From contig CAVTJJ010000004.1 of NCBI GenBank assembly GCA_963735035.1, forward strand, positions 1,184,001-1,248,000: a DNA stretch of 64,000 nt, given 5' to 3'. The notes beneath the pieces were generated by a model. The model saw only the letters and a program-made list of their open reading frames with translations, was not told where the DNA came from and did no database searches. Shown here one piece after another: positions 1 to 11,047 of the stretch (its first letter is position 1; every line of letters begins with the position of its first letter). This DNA is from an uncultured candidate division Zixibacteria bacterium. GTDB taxonomy: Bacteria > Zixibacteria > MSB-5A5 > GN15 > FEB-12. A program made the position numbers and the translations under genes.

Positions 1-363
1 ATCGCAGTGTCCATCATAGCGCTTGCATGCGCGGCGTGCCAGCGACCACGGCAAACTGCCTGGGAAGGGCAGAACCCTTTTTCGCCTCCGACATATCGGA
101 TCAGTCTGGCGGGTCTTTCCGGAAAGGAAATCACGGTCACGTTGTTTGACTTGGCTGGCAAGGAAGTAGGGATTGTCTTTCAGGGGATAGTTGATTCGAG
201 CGAGTCTGTCGATATCACAAGACTTGTCAAGATCACCGCCGATAGCCTAAGCGCGCCCGACACAACTATTGTATTTATGGACAATCTTCCCGGTGGTGTG
301 TATTTCTACCGGGTCAAAACGGCGGAATCATCTTATACGAAGCAACTGGTTGTTGTGAGGTGA
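1..363 (+). CDS. Small exported protein consisting largely of a T9SS/FlgD-like C-terminal Ig domain (5' end truncated by window edge)
   Basis: Frame is open from base 1 (IAVSIIALACAACQR, hydrophobic then Cys). It continues NPF...ITVTLFDLAGKEV...LPGGVYFYRVK...YTKQLVVVR, the typical Por/FlgD-type C-terminal tail pattern. Confidence 0.6.
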   Translation: MAVSIIALACAACQRPRQTAWEGQNPFSPPTYRISLAGLSGKEITVTLFDLAGKEVGIVFQGIVDSSESVDITRLVKITADSLSAPDTTIVFMDNLPGGVYFYRVKTAESSYTKQLVVVR

Positions 364-402
364 GGAGAGGTAGGTCGAAACCCCAGTGGTTTCGGCAATC
401 CT

Positions 403-1014
403 CTACTTCAATTCGATCTTCCGGTTCAAATGCTCGATGATCAACGTCCGCGCTTCTTGAAAAGCGCGGCCCCGGTGCGACACAAGATTCTTCTCCTCAA
501 GCGTCATCTCTGAGAAGCGCTTCCCCTTCGGTGGATAGAAGAATACCGGATCGTACCCGAACCCTTTCTCGCCGATTACATCCTCGGTGATCATTCCCTC
601 AGCGACTCCTTCGACCGTTTCGACATTGTCATTATCCCATGCAATCGCAATCACGCAGCGAAAGCGGGCGGTCCGTTTCTCTTTCGGGACGCCTTTCAGT
701 TCGCGAATCAGCTTCTCGTAATTGTCGCGGTAGGTGACATCCGGTCCGGCGTAGCGCGACGAATACAGCCCGGGCGCGCCGCCGAGGGCGTCGACTTCGA
801 GCCCGGAATCGTCGGCGAGCGCGGGAAGGTCGCAGAACTCGGCGATGGCGCGTGCTTTGAGGATGGCGTTCTCTTCGAGGGTGCCACCGGTTTCTTCCGG
901 ATCGGGGAATTCGAGGAAATCGGCGGAGGTGAGGATCGTGACCGGGAGATCGTCGAGGAGATGTTTGATCTCTCTGATCTTGTCTTTATTGTTGGTCGCG
1001 AGGACGAGTTGCAT
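403..1014 (-). CDS. rdgB: Non-canonical purine NTP pyrophosphatase (RdgB/HAM1)
   Basis: ATNNKDK, PEETG, ADDSGL, GFGYDP and SHRG motifs. Confidence 0.95.
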   Translation of the reverse strand: MQLVLATNNKDKIREIKHLLDDLPVTILTSADFLEFPDPEETGGTLEENAILKARAIAEFCDLPALADDSGLEVDALGGAPGLYSSRYAGPDVTYRDNYEKLIRELKGVPKEKRTARFRCVIAIAWDNDNVETVEGVAEGMITEDVIGEKGFGYDPVFFYPPKGKRFSEMTLEEKNLVSHRGRAFQEARTLIIEHLNRKIELK

Positions 1015-1038
1015 GGGTTGATATCTGTCTTCTCGCAG

Positions 1039-1214
1039 GTCAGGTCACACCATCGCCCTGCCGCGGCGGGCCGTTGGCAAACCTGACGCAACGACCGTAT
1101 TCGCGATTCGCGGCATGAGGACATCTGCCGGACGGCCTACACAAGTCAGGCTGAGCTTGTCGAAGCCTGGCTTAAATTTCGCTCGTAGTCACCCTTCGAC
1201 AGGCTCAGGGTGAC
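1039..1214. repeat. Cluster of REP-like palindromes between murI and rdgB
   Basis: GTCAGGTC...ACCTGACGCAAC (1039-1092), CGGCATGAGGACATCTGCCG (1111-1130), and the paired GTCAGGCTGAGCTTGTCGAAGCC / GTCACCCTTCGACAGGCTCAGGGTGAC (1145-1214). Confidence 0.8.
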
Positions 1215-1224
1215 TTAGTATACA

Positions 1225-2043
1225 TCAATACCTCGTTATATCTATCCGCGTGATGCGGTCGACCGTGTGGCCCAGGAAACGCGTTGCCACCTGCGCGAAC
1301 TTGTCCGGCACGTCGGACACGAAAAACCTGTGATCGCCTTCCAGCGCCGGCGTCTGCGACGCTCGCGTGTTCAACAGGTTCGCTTTCGCCAGTGCGTTGT
1401 ACGCCGCTCGCGCCGTCTCACGGCCACTATCGACCAGGGTCACTTTATCGCCCATGACGTCGGCAATGACATGCTCCAAGAGTGGGTAGTGTGTGCACCC
1501 CATGATGAGCGTATCGACCTTGACATCGATCATCGTCTGCAGATAATCCCGTGCGATCAGGTAGGTCGCCTCTTTGTCAATATACCCTTCCTCGGCGAGC
1601 GGCACGAACAGGGGACAGGCGAGCGAGAAGATCTTCAGCTTGGGGTCGATTTCGTGAACGACCCGGGCGTAGGCGTTCGACCCGATCGTCGCCTGAGTGC
1701 CGATTACCCCGATCCGACCGCTCTTCGTCTTCGCGACCGCCGCTTCGGCGCCGGGATGGATCACACCGATCATGGGGACATTGTAGTTGCCGGCGATTTC
1801 ATCAAGCGCTACAGCCGACGACGTATTGCAGGCGAAGACAATGAATTTCACCCGGCTTTCCATCAGGAAGGCCACATTTTGGGCGGTGAACTGGACGATG
1901 ATCTCCTTGGAGCGGGGGCCGTAAGGGGCGCGGCCGACGTCGCCGAAATAGACGACGTCTTCACTCGGCAAGATTTTGAATACTTCACGGGCGACGGTCA
2001 ACCCGCCGACGCTGGAATCGAATATGCCTATGGGTCTATCCAT
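1225..2043 (-). CDS. murI: Glutamate racemase
   Basis: IGIFDSSVGGLTV, PYG, and the catalytic cysteine motifs ACNT and GCTHYP. Confidence 0.95.
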   Translation of the reverse strand: MDRPIGIFDSSVGGLTVAREVFKILPSEDVVYFGDVGRAPYGPRSKEIIVQFTAQNVAFLMESRVKFIVFACNTSSAVALDEIAGNYNVPMIGVIHPGAEAAVAKTKSGRIGVIGTQATIGSNAYARVVHEIDPKLKIFSLACPLFVPLAEEGYIDKEATYLIARDYLQTMIDVKVDTLIMGCTHYPLLEHVIADVMGDKVTLVDSGRETARAAYNALAKANLLNTRASQTPALEGDHRFFVSDVPDKFAQVATRFLGHTVDRITRIDITRY

Positions 2044-2060
2044 GTCATTTTCTCATTCTT

Positions 2061-2394
2061 GTAGGTCTGGACCCTTGTGGTCCCGACGCTCGGTGCAAAT
2101 TCGTCGGCAGATGTGGGCATCTGCCGGGCACGTATCCTACGATGTCGGGTTTCTCCCCCGGATCAAAGTCCGGGGTCGGAACCCGACCTACTAGTTCTTC
2201 GGACGGCGTCAGGTCACACCGCCGCCCCACCTACGGTGGTCCGGCGGCAAGACCTGACGCAACTTTGAAATTCGTCGGCAGATGTGGACATCTGTGGGCA
2301 CGGTTCTTCTCGCTCAATCTCAACCCACCGCAAGCGGTGGGGCACCAACCATCCATCCTTGGGCCCCCGTCTTCACGGGGGTGACGAGCAAGGG
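2061..2394. repeat. REP-like palindrome mosaic between amidase and murI
   Basis: CGGCAGATGT..CATCTG copies at 2105-2131 and 2276-2301; GTCGGGTTTC...GAACCCGACCTAC (GTAG on the minus strand) at about 2144-2190; GCGTCAGGTC...GACCTGACGCAAC at 2206-2263. Confidence 0.8.
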
Positions 2395-2395
2395 C

Positions 2396-3880
2396 CTAGT
2401 TGCTCTCGTACTTAGCTTTGAATCGCTTTATCGATTCGTATATACCTTCGACGATCTTATCCTGATAATCCTTATCCTTGAGCAGCTTCTCTTCCTGTGG
2501 GTTCGAGATAAACGCAGACTCGACCAGAATCGATGGCGTAAATACTTTGTTCAGCACGAAGAACCCCGCCTGGTCGATCCCGCGCGAGGGCGTTTCGAGG
2601 CGGCGACGGAACTCCCGCTCGACCATCTGCGCAAAGTCGAGTGATTCGGCCTGGAATTCGGTCATCAGCATCTCATTCAGGATCGAAGTCACGGGATCCT
2701 GTGACGTGCTGTCGGCGTCCTTCTCATTGTACGATTCTCGCAGAAAGAAACCGTTCTCGAGCTGAGCCGCCGCGCGCGCCGAGTCATTGAGCGCGGGCGC
2801 GAGGAAGAAAACGTTCCACCCGCGCACCTGTTTGCGCGGCGAAGCGTTGGCGTGAATCGAGACGAACAGATCGGCGCCGGCATCGTTGGCGATTTTCGCC
2901 CGCTCTTCCAACGAGACTGTCTTGTCCCGGTCGCGGGTCATGACCACTTTGAACAGCTTCTCCTTGCGGATCAGGGCGGCCAGTTTCTTGGCCATGCTCA
3001 GCGTGACATCTTTCTCACGCGTGCCGTTTTGTCCGATAGCCCCGTAGTCGTCGCCGCCATGACCGGCATCGACCACCACCACGTCGATCTTGTTCCCCGG
3101 CCCCAGCAGCGGCACGGTCGACGACGTGTCCATCTGGAAATTCGGGTCCTTGATGATGATCTCAATGCGAGTCGGGTTGTGCTCGATCTGATGGCTCCAG
3201 TCTGTCACTTTCCGCCGAAGCCGCATGGAAATCTGCCCGGTGTTGTTCTCGATCTGGTGCACTTTCAGGTCGTACATGTAGCGTGCGTCGCGACGAGATA
3301 GAACCCGATTGCGATTGATGGTCGCGTTTCGCATCGAGATGTTGACCCAGTCGCCTTCGCTGACAAAAATTTCATAGGCCAGCGGCGCGCTCAGATAGAT
3401 TTCGATCAATAGGCCGTTGGCTTTGGCCTCGACCGAAATATCAGTGACATTGAAGTTTTCAGGGTCCACCCGCACGGTCGACTGATTGCTCTGCCAGGTT
3501 ATCTGTTGAGACGTGACCCGATCGAGCAGAGGCAGGAAAGTAGCCGCCGGAACAAATAGCTGTCCGTCGCGATAAAGCGATTCATAGGTCATGTTGTAAG
3601 TCGTGTCGTTGAGGCGCACCCAGGGGGAGCCGATCAGAAATTCGAACTTGAACCCGGCGTCAGCGTAGGAGACCGTATGCCCGATCGTTTCCCAATTGGT
3701 TGTCCCGCCGATGGCGTCAGACAATCCCGAGAGTGAGATGTAGTTGACGTTCTGTTCGGACAACCCCTTGATAGTCTCAAATCCACCTGCCACGGCGACT
3801 TTGATATCCTCAGCCGAGGCCGACACGGTCAATACTGACATCACCACCAGGGTGATTAATCTCGCGGTAAGTCTACTCAC
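2396..3880 (-). CDS. N-acetylmuramoyl-L-alanine amidase (Amidase_3) with signal peptide and N-terminal accessory domains
   Basis: Zinc-amidase motifs VVDAGHGG, REKD, SIHAN and SILVESAFISN. Confidence 0.92.
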   Translation of the reverse strand: MSRLTARLITLVVMSVLTVSASAEDIKVAVAGGFETIKGLSEQNVNYISLSGLSDAIGGTTNWETIGHTVSYADAGFKFEFLIGSPWVRLNDTTYNMTYESLYRDGQLFVPAATFLPLLDRVTSQQITWQSNQSTVRVDPENFNVTDISVEAKANGLLIEIYLSAPLAYEIFVSEGDWVNISMRNATINRNRVLSRRDARYMYDLKVHQIENNTGQISMRLRRKVTDWSHQIEHNPTRIEIIIKDPNFQMDTSSTVPLLGPGNKIDVVVVDAGHGGDDYGAIGQNGTREKDVTLSMAKKLAALIRKEKLFKVVMTRDRDKTVSLEERAKIANDAGADLFVSIHANASPRKQVRGWNVFFLAPALNDSARAAAQLENGFFLRESYNEKDADSTSQDPVTSILNEMLMTEFQAESLDFAQMVEREFRRRLETPSRGIDQAGFFVLNKVFTPSILVESAFISNPQEEKLLKDKDYQDKIVEGIYESIKRFKAKYESN

Positions 3881-3883
3881 AAT

Positions 3884-4357
3884 TCAACGCTCGGTGTTTC
3901 TTCGTGTGGCCTGTTTTATCCGACGATCCGATTCGGCCTTGGCAATCGCCTGACGTTTGTCATATTTCTTACGTCCGATCGCCAGGGCAAGTTCGACTTT
4001 AGCCAACTTCCCTCTGAAGTATATCGAAAGAGGGATCAAGGTCTGGCCCTGCTGCTCGGTCTTGGCTTGCATTTTACGGATCTCGGTCCGGTGGAGGAGA
4101 AGACGGCGCGTCCGGACGGGGTCATACCCCTGAATCCCCGTTTGTTTGTAAGGGGAGATGTGCAGGTTCTTGAGTACCACCTGGCCGTCTTCGACCACTG
4201 CGTAAGCGTCGGCGATTTGAACTTTCCCCTCACGGAGCGATTTTACTTCCGAACCGTGCAGAGCGATGCCGACCTCGACTGTCGCGATTATCTGATAGTC
4301 AAAGCGGGCCTTCCGGTTACGGACGACGACCTTGATATTCTCCTTATCTTGTTCCAC
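3884..4357 (-). CDS. smpB: SsrA-binding protein SmpB
   Basis: NRKARFDY, GSEVKSLR, RRLLLH and GRKKYDKR motifs. Confidence 0.97.
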   Translation of the reverse strand: MEQDKENIKVVVRNRKARFDYQIIATVEVGIALHGSEVKSLREGKVQIADAYAVVEDGQVVLKNLHISPYKQTGIQGYDPVRTRRLLLHRTEIRKMQAKTEQQGQTLIPLSIYFRGKLAKVELALAIGRKKYDKRQAIAKAESDRRIKQATRRNTER

Positions 4358-4578
4358 GCAAGCAGGATAGCCCCAGTTGCCTCAAGGGGCAATCAAAAAC
4401 AGTCGACCGCGCCAACAGCCATATTCTGTCTAACCGTCTTGAGCGTCAATGTGGGCCTACTCTCCGGGATGAACAGCCCGGCCACTAAGGCGTAGCAAGA
4501 TGCTGTCGATATATAATGTTGTGAATCCGAAGTTGGTTCGCTGCGAGAAATCGTAGCGCAACAGGAGCTCTTAAGAAG

Positions 4579-5001
4579 ATGTCCGATGTAAGTGGTAGCC
4601 GGGGCGCGACTATCCTGGTAGTCGACGATGAGTCTCATATACTTGAGTTGTTGGAGTCTGTCCTGACCAAGGCTGGACACAACGTGATTACTACCACTTG
4701 CGGACGTGCTGCCGTAGAAATCGCTTCCGCCTGCCGGCCTGATCTGATTCTAATGGACATTACCATGCCGGACATGGATGGCTACGAAGTCACCGTGCAT
4801 ATCAAGAGGGACCCGATGCTTCAGGACATACCGGTCATTTTTCTATCGGGTCGTTCCGAGGAAGAAGACGGGGGGCGGTCGCTGGCTATCGGGGGAGCGG
4901 TATTCTTGCGCAAGCCGTTCAAGGTCAATCAAATAAGAGACGTGGTCGGCCTCGCGCTGCGGTCTCAGCCCAAATTCCATAGAATGGCTCCTCACTTGTA
5001 G
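4579..5001 (+). CDS. Stand-alone response regulator receiver (CheY-like)
   Basis: VVDDE, LMDITMPDMDG, LSG and KPF motifs; no output domain. Confidence 0.9.
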   Translation: MSDVSGSRGATILVVDDESHILELLESVLTKAGHNVITTTCGRAAVEIASACRPDLILMDITMPDMDGYEVTVHIKRDPMLQDIPVIFLSGRSEEEDGGRSLAIGGAVFLRKPFKVNQIRDVVGLALRSQPKFHRMAPHL

Positions 5002-5079
5002 TCAAAGTTAAGGTTGCGGTGAGATTTGCCGACCTTCATAGTTAAAGGGCAGAAGAAATAATATCCTGGTGAAAATATT

Positions 5080-5481
5080 GTGTCTCATAAAGTGAAGATC
5101 CCTGGAACCAGAGTCCTGGTAATAGACGACGAACCGGAAATCACCGAGATCGTCGAGGCTTTCCTGACCGAAGCCGGTTATGTTGTCGCCTCGGAGAATT
5201 CCCCCAAGAACGCCGCCGCCAAAGTTGTGGAATTTCACCCCGATGTCATCCTGCTCGATATCATGATGCCCGGCATGGACGGTTACGACGTCTGCCAGCA
5301 AATCAAGAAGCAGCCGAATTTCGCGCACGTGCCCGTCATCTTTTTGACCGGCAAGGATCGCGCCGACGATATGGGCCGCTCGTTCAAGGTGGGCGGCGAT
5401 ATGTTCATCAAGAAGCCGTTTTCCTGCGAGCGCCTTCTCGAAATCGTGAATATCGTCGTGATGTCCACCGCCAACCGATAA
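5080..5481 (+). CDS. Stand-alone response regulator receiver (CheY-like)
   Basis: VIDDE, LLDIMMPGMDG, LTG and KKPF motifs; no output domain. Confidence 0.9.
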   Translation: MSHKVKIPGTRVLVIDDEPEITEIVEAFLTEAGYVVASENSPKNAAAKVVEFHPDVILLDIMMPGMDGYDVCQQIKKQPNFAHVPVIFLTGKDRADDMGRSFKVGGDMFIKKPFSCERLLEIVNIVVMSTANR

Positions 5482-5573
5482 GCCGGTTTCCCCTCGCCTC
5501 TACAATAACTAACGGGAGTACTGATTGACCCACCGGGTCTGTCATCGCTAATACTCCGACCAATTCCTCCCGT

Positions 5574-5802
5574 GTCATCGCGAGGCCGCCCTTGGCGGCC
5601 GTGGCGATCTCAATTCCGTGGGCGGCAGACCTCCTGGTCTGCCCCTTATGCGGGGCACACGGGACCCTCCGATCAAGGGTTTGTCTAAAGAGTCTGTTTT
5701 GCATCAATTCGTAGTCTTCAACGCGTGATGGCGATTCCCTAACTCACTTCAACGCGTCAGGTCACACGCCCCGCAGTGGCGGGGCGCAAGACCTGACGCA
5801 AC
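5574..5802. repeat. REP-like palindrome mosaic in a convergent intergenic region
   Basis: GTCATCGCGAGGCCGCC..GGCGGCCGTGGCGATCTC; TCCGTGGGCGGCAGACCTCCTGGTCTGCCCCTT (5615-5647); GCGTCAGGTC...GACCTGACGCAAC (5754-5802). Confidence 0.8.
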
Positions 5803-5880
5803 AACATTCAGGGGGTTTTTCAACAGCCATCAAATCGGGGCAGGCAGTGTGCCGGCTAGTATTGATGTCGCCGTGGCTGG

Positions 5881-7929
<2,049 letters not shown>

Positions 7930-8071
7930 TCAACCACATACAGAGGGTGTGACGAGTAGGACTTCTTCCGCGACAAAGTGGGCGGCACGCTCAAGGGGCA
8001 GACCAGGAGGTCTGCCGCCCACGGAGAAGAGATCGTAGCGGCGTGCCGGACATTATGAGTAGACGGCCGCC

Positions 8072-8460
8072 AGGCCGTCACCCTTGCGGCGGCAAGGGCC
8101 CAGTCAAGATCGCCCACCATAGATGGGTTATTTCAACATGCTCTCTCGATCTCCGGTCTTCTATGACAACCGCGTCGCAAGACTTGCCATCTTGTCTGGG
8201 TTCCTGCCTCCGCAGGAATGACGGGGCTGGCGCCCCGTTTCAAATCCCACCCGTTGGGTGGGGTACCGGAACTGAAGCAAGTCGGCCGGAAGGCCGTCAC
8301 CCTTGCGGCGGCAAGGGCCCAGTCAAGCTCGCCCATTAATGATGTGTGATTTCAACATGTTCTCTCGATCTCCGGTCTTCTATGTCAACCGCGTCGCAAG
8401 ACTTGCCATCTTGTCTGGGTTCCTGCCTCCGCAGGAATGACGGGGCTGGCGCCCCGTTTC
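8072..8460. repeat. Two ~170 bp direct repeats (offset 219 bp), each a REPIN/MITE-like element with inverted hairpin arms
   Basis: 8072-8241 is nearly identical to 8291-8460. Each copy reads GTCACCCTTGCGGCGGCAAGGGCCCAG ... CTGGGTTCCTGCCTCCGCAGGAATGAC. Confidence 0.9.
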
Positions 8461-8541
8461 TTTCCGATGCTTCACGAAGAAGAAAACCGGCAGGGTTGGA
8501 ACCCTGCCGATTGTGTGTTTGCGGCAGATGTGGACCCCGGA

Positions 8542-9087
8542 TCAAGTCCGGGGCAGGCTCTGCCGGGCACTCAATCGCTTGTTGATCTGGCGCCGGAAAG
8601 CGGCAATTTGCTGGCCCGCCAGGTCGTCTTCGATGGACGTGATCATGATCGCGCTCAGGCGGCTGTTCCGGTCGGCTCGCAGAAGAACGGAGTCGGCCAG
8701 TCGGTACCAGGCACGGGCGCTGTCGGGTGAAAATCGCACCAGCAGACGGTCATAGCGCGGGTTGGTGATCAGTTCCGGTTCAATTATGTCCGTGCGGAAA
8801 TCCAGCCAGTGAATATCCGCCGGCTGTGCGATGGTGGGGGCGGTCAGGTCGGGATCCACAGCCCATTGACGGCGCGCTATCGAAACCTCGATCAAACTCA
8901 GACGGCCCGAAAGATCGATGTCGAATCGCACCGTCTCCGATTCAAGGTAGTTGAAGAAAGTGCGGCCGGAGCAGAAAGCGCCCACCTGGACGTACAACGA
9001 ATCTTCTTCCAGTTGATAAAAACCCCGGCCGGGAGTTACCTCGCCGGTCGGGGCATCGATTTTGAGACTGATTGACGTCAACGCCAA
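8542..9087 (-). CDS. Hypothetical protein, possibly tandem DUF2283-like domains
   Basis: Lies 2 bp downstream of cpoB. Two similar segments, EDSLYVQV...VRFDIDLSGRLSLIEV and YDRLLVRF...VLLRADRNSRLSAIMI, resemble the DUF2283 pattern (recalled, not searched). Confidence 0.55.
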   Translation of the reverse strand: MALTSISLKIDAPTGEVTPGRGFYQLEEDSLYVQVGAFCSGRTFFNYLESETVRFDIDLSGRLSLIEVSIARRQWAVDPDLTAPTIAQPADIHWLDFRTDIIEPELITNPRYDRLLVRFSPDSARAWYRLADSVLLRADRNSRLSAIMITSIEDDLAGQQIAAFRRQINKRLSARQSLPRT

Positions 9088-9089
9088 CG

Positions 9090-9857
9090 TTATTTCAAGT
9101 CCTTAAGGCGCTGGGTCGCCTGTTCGGCTTCCAGCGTGCCGGGGTACTCTTTCACCAATCTCTGGAACAGCTCTTTGGCTTCCGGGTTCTTGCCCAATTC
9201 CTGTTTGCAGCGGCCCAGTTTGTAGATGGCCCGCCCCAGGTTGGGTGAGTTCGGGAAGTTCTTTAGCAACTGCTCGTACTCGGTGATGGCTTCAGAGTAC
9301 TTCTCCTGCAGGTAGAAGCACTCGCCGATCCAGTAATAGGCGTTCTGAGCATCGGCGTGCGACGCACAGTCGGACAGGAATTTACGGAAGCCCGTGATGG
9401 CGCTCTCGTACTCACCTCGCCGCACCTGTGTGAACGCGGCATCGTAGGTGTTGATGCAGTCAACCGACGTCTGCGCGCCCGCGGGAGGCTGGCCGCCTGC
9501 AGAGGGCTGAGCCCCCGGTGATGAGGCCGGCATTGGACGGGTAGGCTGTTGTGACAGCCGGTCAATCCGCGAGATCAGGTCGTTGTAATTCTCCAACAAC
9601 TGCGAGAGTTGCTGGGCGATAGCATCGGTGGACAAGCGGACGTCGTTCTTGAGCTGCGTGTTGGACTCGGTCGTGGTGGCCAGAGAAGAGTCCATCCGGG
9701 CCATCATGTCACGCGTCTCCCGGGTTTGTGACTCGACCATCGCCAGCCGATTGTTGATCGCGTCCACGTCACGTTTCGTGGCGCAGCCGCCGATCAGCCC
9801 GATCAATATGACCACCGTCGCTACCACGGCGGTCATCGTCTTTATTTCGCGTTTCAT
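9090..9857 (-). CDS. cpoB: Tol-Pal system TPR lipoprotein CpoB/YbgF
   Basis: Lipobox IGGC, coiled coil, TPRs (AYYWIGECFY, AIYKLG); directly downstream of pal. Confidence 0.9.
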   Translation of the reverse strand: MKREIKTMTAVVATVVILIGLIGGCATKRDVDAINNRLAMVESQTRETRDMMARMDSSLATTTESNTQLKNDVRLSTDAIAQQLSQLLENYNDLISRIDRLSQQPTRPMPASSPGAQPSAGGQPPAGAQTSVDCINTYDAAFTQVRRGEYESAITGFRKFLSDCASHADAQNAYYWIGECFYLQEKYSEAITEYEQLLKNFPNSPNLGRAIYKLGRCKQELGKNPEAKELFQRLVKEYPGTLEAEQATQRLKDLK

Positions 9858-9880
9858 GATAAGCCTGATTTCCCGAACGG

Positions 9881-10390
9881 TTACTGAGAAACTACTTTGA
9901 ACTCAGCCCGACGGTTCTTCGCCCAGGCCGCTTCGTTGTGAGCCGGGTCGACCGGTCGCTCTTTGCCGTACGAAATAACTGACATACGAGCCGGAGCGAC
10001 ACCGCGTCCAACAAGGTAGTTCTCCACGGCCTTGGCGCGTTTCTCACCGAGCGACAGGTTGTATTCAACCGTGCCGCGCTCGTCGCAGTGACCCTCGATC
10101 TTCACGATCGCATTCGGGAATTCCTGCAACAGCGCGAAGTTGGCGTCGAGGGCCGCTTTGCCGTCGGCGCGGAGGTCATACTTGTCGAAATCGAAGTAGA
10201 CCGTTTGGAACTGGGTTTCCTGAAGAGTCGGCTTCGGCGCGGGCGGCTCGGGTGGTTTGGTCGGCGGCGGCGTGACTGGCGTGGTATCAACAGTTGTCGA
10301 TGGCGGTGGCGGTGGTGGCGGCGGAGTCGGGCAACCGGCGATGGCGAGCGCTACGGCACCGAGTAGTAGGAGCAGAAGTGCGTTTTTCAT
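9881..10390 (-). CDS. pal: Peptidoglycan-associated lipoprotein Pal
   Basis: Lipobox IAGC, Pro-rich linker, YFDFDK, EGHCDERGT, SYGKERP and NRRAEF motifs. Confidence 0.96.
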   Translation of the reverse strand: MKNALLLLLLGAVALAIAGCPTPPPPPPPPSTTVDTTPVTPPPTKPPEPPAPKPTLQETQFQTVYFDFDKYDLRADGKAALDANFALLQEFPNAIVKIEGHCDERGTVEYNLSLGEKRAKAVENYLVGRGVAPARMSVISYGKERPVDPAHNEAAWAKNRRAEFKVVSQ

Positions 10391-10449
10391 AATTGTTCTA
10401 TTCCTCCCTGAAGGGATTGTTACACGTTATTTCCATAGTCATATCTAAG

Positions 10450-10479
10450 AATCTATCACTCGTCCAATAGGGCGGTCAA
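10450..10479 (-). promoter_or_regulatory. Putative sigma70 promoter for pal
   Basis: Minus strand TTGACC-N18-TAGATT with an extended -10 TG. Confidence 0.5.
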
Positions 10480-10611
10480 TAAAAAAAGGCTGTTTTTCGG
10501 GCTTCAGCGCCCCGACCGAACCATAAAAAGACGGTTCTAAGCGGAGGGCGTTCATCTCGTTATACACGCCGGGGCGTTGTTGAGGCGAATTGTGGGCTCG
10601 TCGAAGATTGT

Positions 10612-11047
10612 CCGGCGGGGTTGGAACCCTGCCGATTGGTTTATGTGAACGAAGCGGAGCTTCGTCATTCCTGCGGAGGCAGGAACCCAGACAAGACGGC
10701 TACCGGGATACAGTGGTTGCGTCAGGTCCTGCTCCCGACAAAATCGGGGGGCGTGCCGAGTCCGCCAGCGGCGGACGAGGTGAGACCTGACGCGCATCCT
10801 CCATGTTCGGCCAACGTGTCAGTTCACACCCCGCCCCCGCCGTGGGCGGGGCCGGGGCAGGAACTGACACAACCGTTGCTTGTGATTGCCGAAGACCGTC
10901 CGGCAGGGCTGGAACACTGCCGATTAGATTAACGATGGGTGCCCCGCCTGAAGCGGGGCAAGACAGAGTGGAATGGGTGGCCCGCTTGAGGCGAGACTAG
11001 GCAGAGAACTTTCGTCGCTCTGTCAGGCGTCAAGTCCGCCTGACCTA
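10612..11047. repeat. REP-like palindrome mosaic between tolB and pal
   Basis: CGGCRGGGYTGGAAC.CTGCCGATT at 10612-10638 and 10900-10925; GTCATTCCTGCGGAGGCAGGAACCCAGACAAGA at about 10664; GTCAG-family hairpins at 10716-10793 and 10816-10873. Confidence 0.85.

Noticed and set aside
4358..4578. tmRNA or tRNA next to smpB
   Set aside because: No tRNA-like acceptor stem, T-loop or tag reading frame is recognisable; the region looks like a divergent promoter spacer.
8072..8460. CRISPR array suggested by the repeated palindromes here and in other spacers
   Set aside because: The repeats are long or dispersed with no regular repeat-unique spacer periodicity, and no cas genes were recognised.
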